Source: an uncultured candidatus Brocadiaceae bacterium (GTDB taxonomy: Bacteria > Planctomycetota > Brocadiia > SM23-32). From it: 64,000 bases of DNA. Both the position numbers and the translations under genes were made by a program. Positions within the stretch are counted from its first letter, which is position 1, and each line of letters opens with the position of its first letter. Positions 62,838 to 64,000 of the stretch are shown piece after piece. The stretch lies in assembly GCA_964572825.1 (NCBI GenBank), contig CAZNGS010000011.1:8557-72556 (forward strand), written 5' to 3'. The notes under the pieces were generated by a model that ran no database searches, was not told where the DNA came from, and saw only the letters and a program-made list of their open reading frames with translations.

Positions 62838-63175
62838 ACGCGGTAGTCTTCGCGGCGGGCCCGAGCACCCTCAACACACAGAGCGTGGCTTGTGGGGAGG
62901 AACAGGAGGAGGTCCGGCGGCTTGTGCGGGGGCACTGCTGCGCCATGCGGCCTGCGGTGCGCCTGTGCCGTGCCGCGCATCCTGAGAACCCAGGCGCCCC
63001 CTCACGCCGTCCCGGAGGTCGGGCCTGGAGGTCAACGACGGTAGATGCGTGTCGGAAGCAAGCCGATTGACCGGTTCCGTCGAACTCCATGCCCTGTCGG
63101 AACCGGTCCTGCCCGTCAGGGCTCGCGGCCGGGGGGCAGTTGCAGCTTGAATTATGGGTATGGAGGGCGATTGCG

Positions 63176-63559
63176 ATGTCGACCGACGCGCGCAGGGGGC
63201 AGCAGACAGTGAAATCGGAACGCCCGTGGGGCGATGTGTACATGGTGGTGCGCAACCAGCAGTGCTCCGTGGATGTGACCGAGGTGCGCCCCGGCCAGCG
63301 GGCCAGCCTGCACTCGCACCAGGAGCGTTACGAACTGTTCCATTTCCTGGACGACGGCGGGCACCTGGAGCTGGACGGCCGGACCCATCACCCCGCTGCG
63401 CACGATGAGTTCCTGATCGAGCCCGGCGTGACGCACCGTTTCTGGGCCGAGGGGGCCCCCTTCAAGATGCTCGTGGTTTCCTTCGGCCGGTGGCGGGCCC
63501 AGGATCAAGTTCGTCACGAGGACGACTATGGCCGCGAAGGAGAGCCCCTGACCTTCTGA
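63176..63559 (+). CDS. Cupin, mannose-6-phosphate isomerase type II C-terminal-like
   Basis: ERPWG, SLHSHQERYE, THR, RHEDDYGR. Confidence 0.85.
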   Translation: MSTDARRGQQTVKSERPWGDVYMVVRNQQCSVDVTEVRPGQRASLHSHQERYELFHFLDDGGHLELDGRTHHPAAHDEFLIEPGVTHRFWAEGAPFKMLVVSFGRWRAQDQVRHEDDYGREGEPLTF

Positions 63560-63625
63560 TCCGCGCCTCCGCAATCCGATGTGGTCCGGGGTGGGGCCGC
63601 AGGACTTCCGCTCTTGCAGCCCATT

Positions 63626-64000
63626 TCATTCCCTGAAGCGGCCCTCCAGCCAGCCGGCGCCGCGGTCGTTCAGGGCGTAGGGCGGGCCTTCGAATTCGAT
63701 CCGAACCACCGGGGCCAGCGGGTCCGGTGGCTCCTGGGGCAGCCCGCTCAGCCGCCAGCGCCGGTTGGCCGCAGGTTCCACCGTCAGCTCCCGGCCCGTG
63801 GTCAGAAGATGCGCCGAGCGGATGGCCGGGGCGACTTTCGAGATGACCAATTCGTTGCCTGGGTAGTAAAACAGCACCAGCCAGGTGGTGGAGCTCTTGC
63901 AGGTGAACATGCCGTAGTGGAAGCAGGGGCCCTGCTCTCTGCCGGCCGAGAGGTCGTAGATGCCCTCGGGCCGTGTGCCGTATACCGCCTGCCCATGCCG
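63626..64000 (-). CDS. C-terminal part of a probable GH29 alpha-L-fucosidase (truncated by window edge)
   Basis: Open frame from the window end: RHGQAVYGTRP...LSGLPQEPPDPLAPVVRIEF, typical of a GH29 C-terminal domain. Confidence 0.6.
   Translation of the reverse strand, partial: RHGQAVYGTRPEGIYDLSAGREQGPCFHYGMFTCKSSTTWLVLFYYPGNELVISKVAPAIRSAHLLTTGRELTVEPAANRRWRLSGLPQEPPDPLAPVVRIEFEGPPYALNDRGAGWLEGRFRE

Noticed and set aside
63069-63108. 11-bp inverted repeat GACCGGTTCCG/CGGAACCGGTC, and a similar hairpin at 22500-22537
   Set aside because: Isolated hairpins without U-tract or further copies; no function can be supported

Overview
GC-rich bacterial chromosomal window, probably origin-proximal (parB with parS sites, dnaN-DUF721-gyrB-gyrA, and an AT-rich oriC-like gap that lacks dnaA). 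Gene content suggests a Planctomycetota-like carbohydrate degrader (inference only). It carries many sugar-catabolism genes (GH130, GH116, GH1, rhamnulokinase, polyol dehydrogenase, three divergent secreted clan GH-A hydrolases) and housekeeping genes (aroB, surE, deoC, purC). The main accessory system is an apparently complete type II-C CRISPR-Cas9 locus: tracrRNA, a 1039-aa Cas9, cas1, cas2, and 7 repeats with 6 spacers. Each repeat contains a sigma70-like promoter, and the tracrRNA anti-repeat appears to double as the cas9 promoter. Other notable items are a stand-alone 59-aa bacterial histone (Bd0055-like), a 179-bp MITE with 12-bp TIRs and a 9-bp target duplication, an unannotated 77-bp non-coding element present twice 39 kb apart, and several gene-decay scars. 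All calls come from reading the sequence by eye; no database searches were run.
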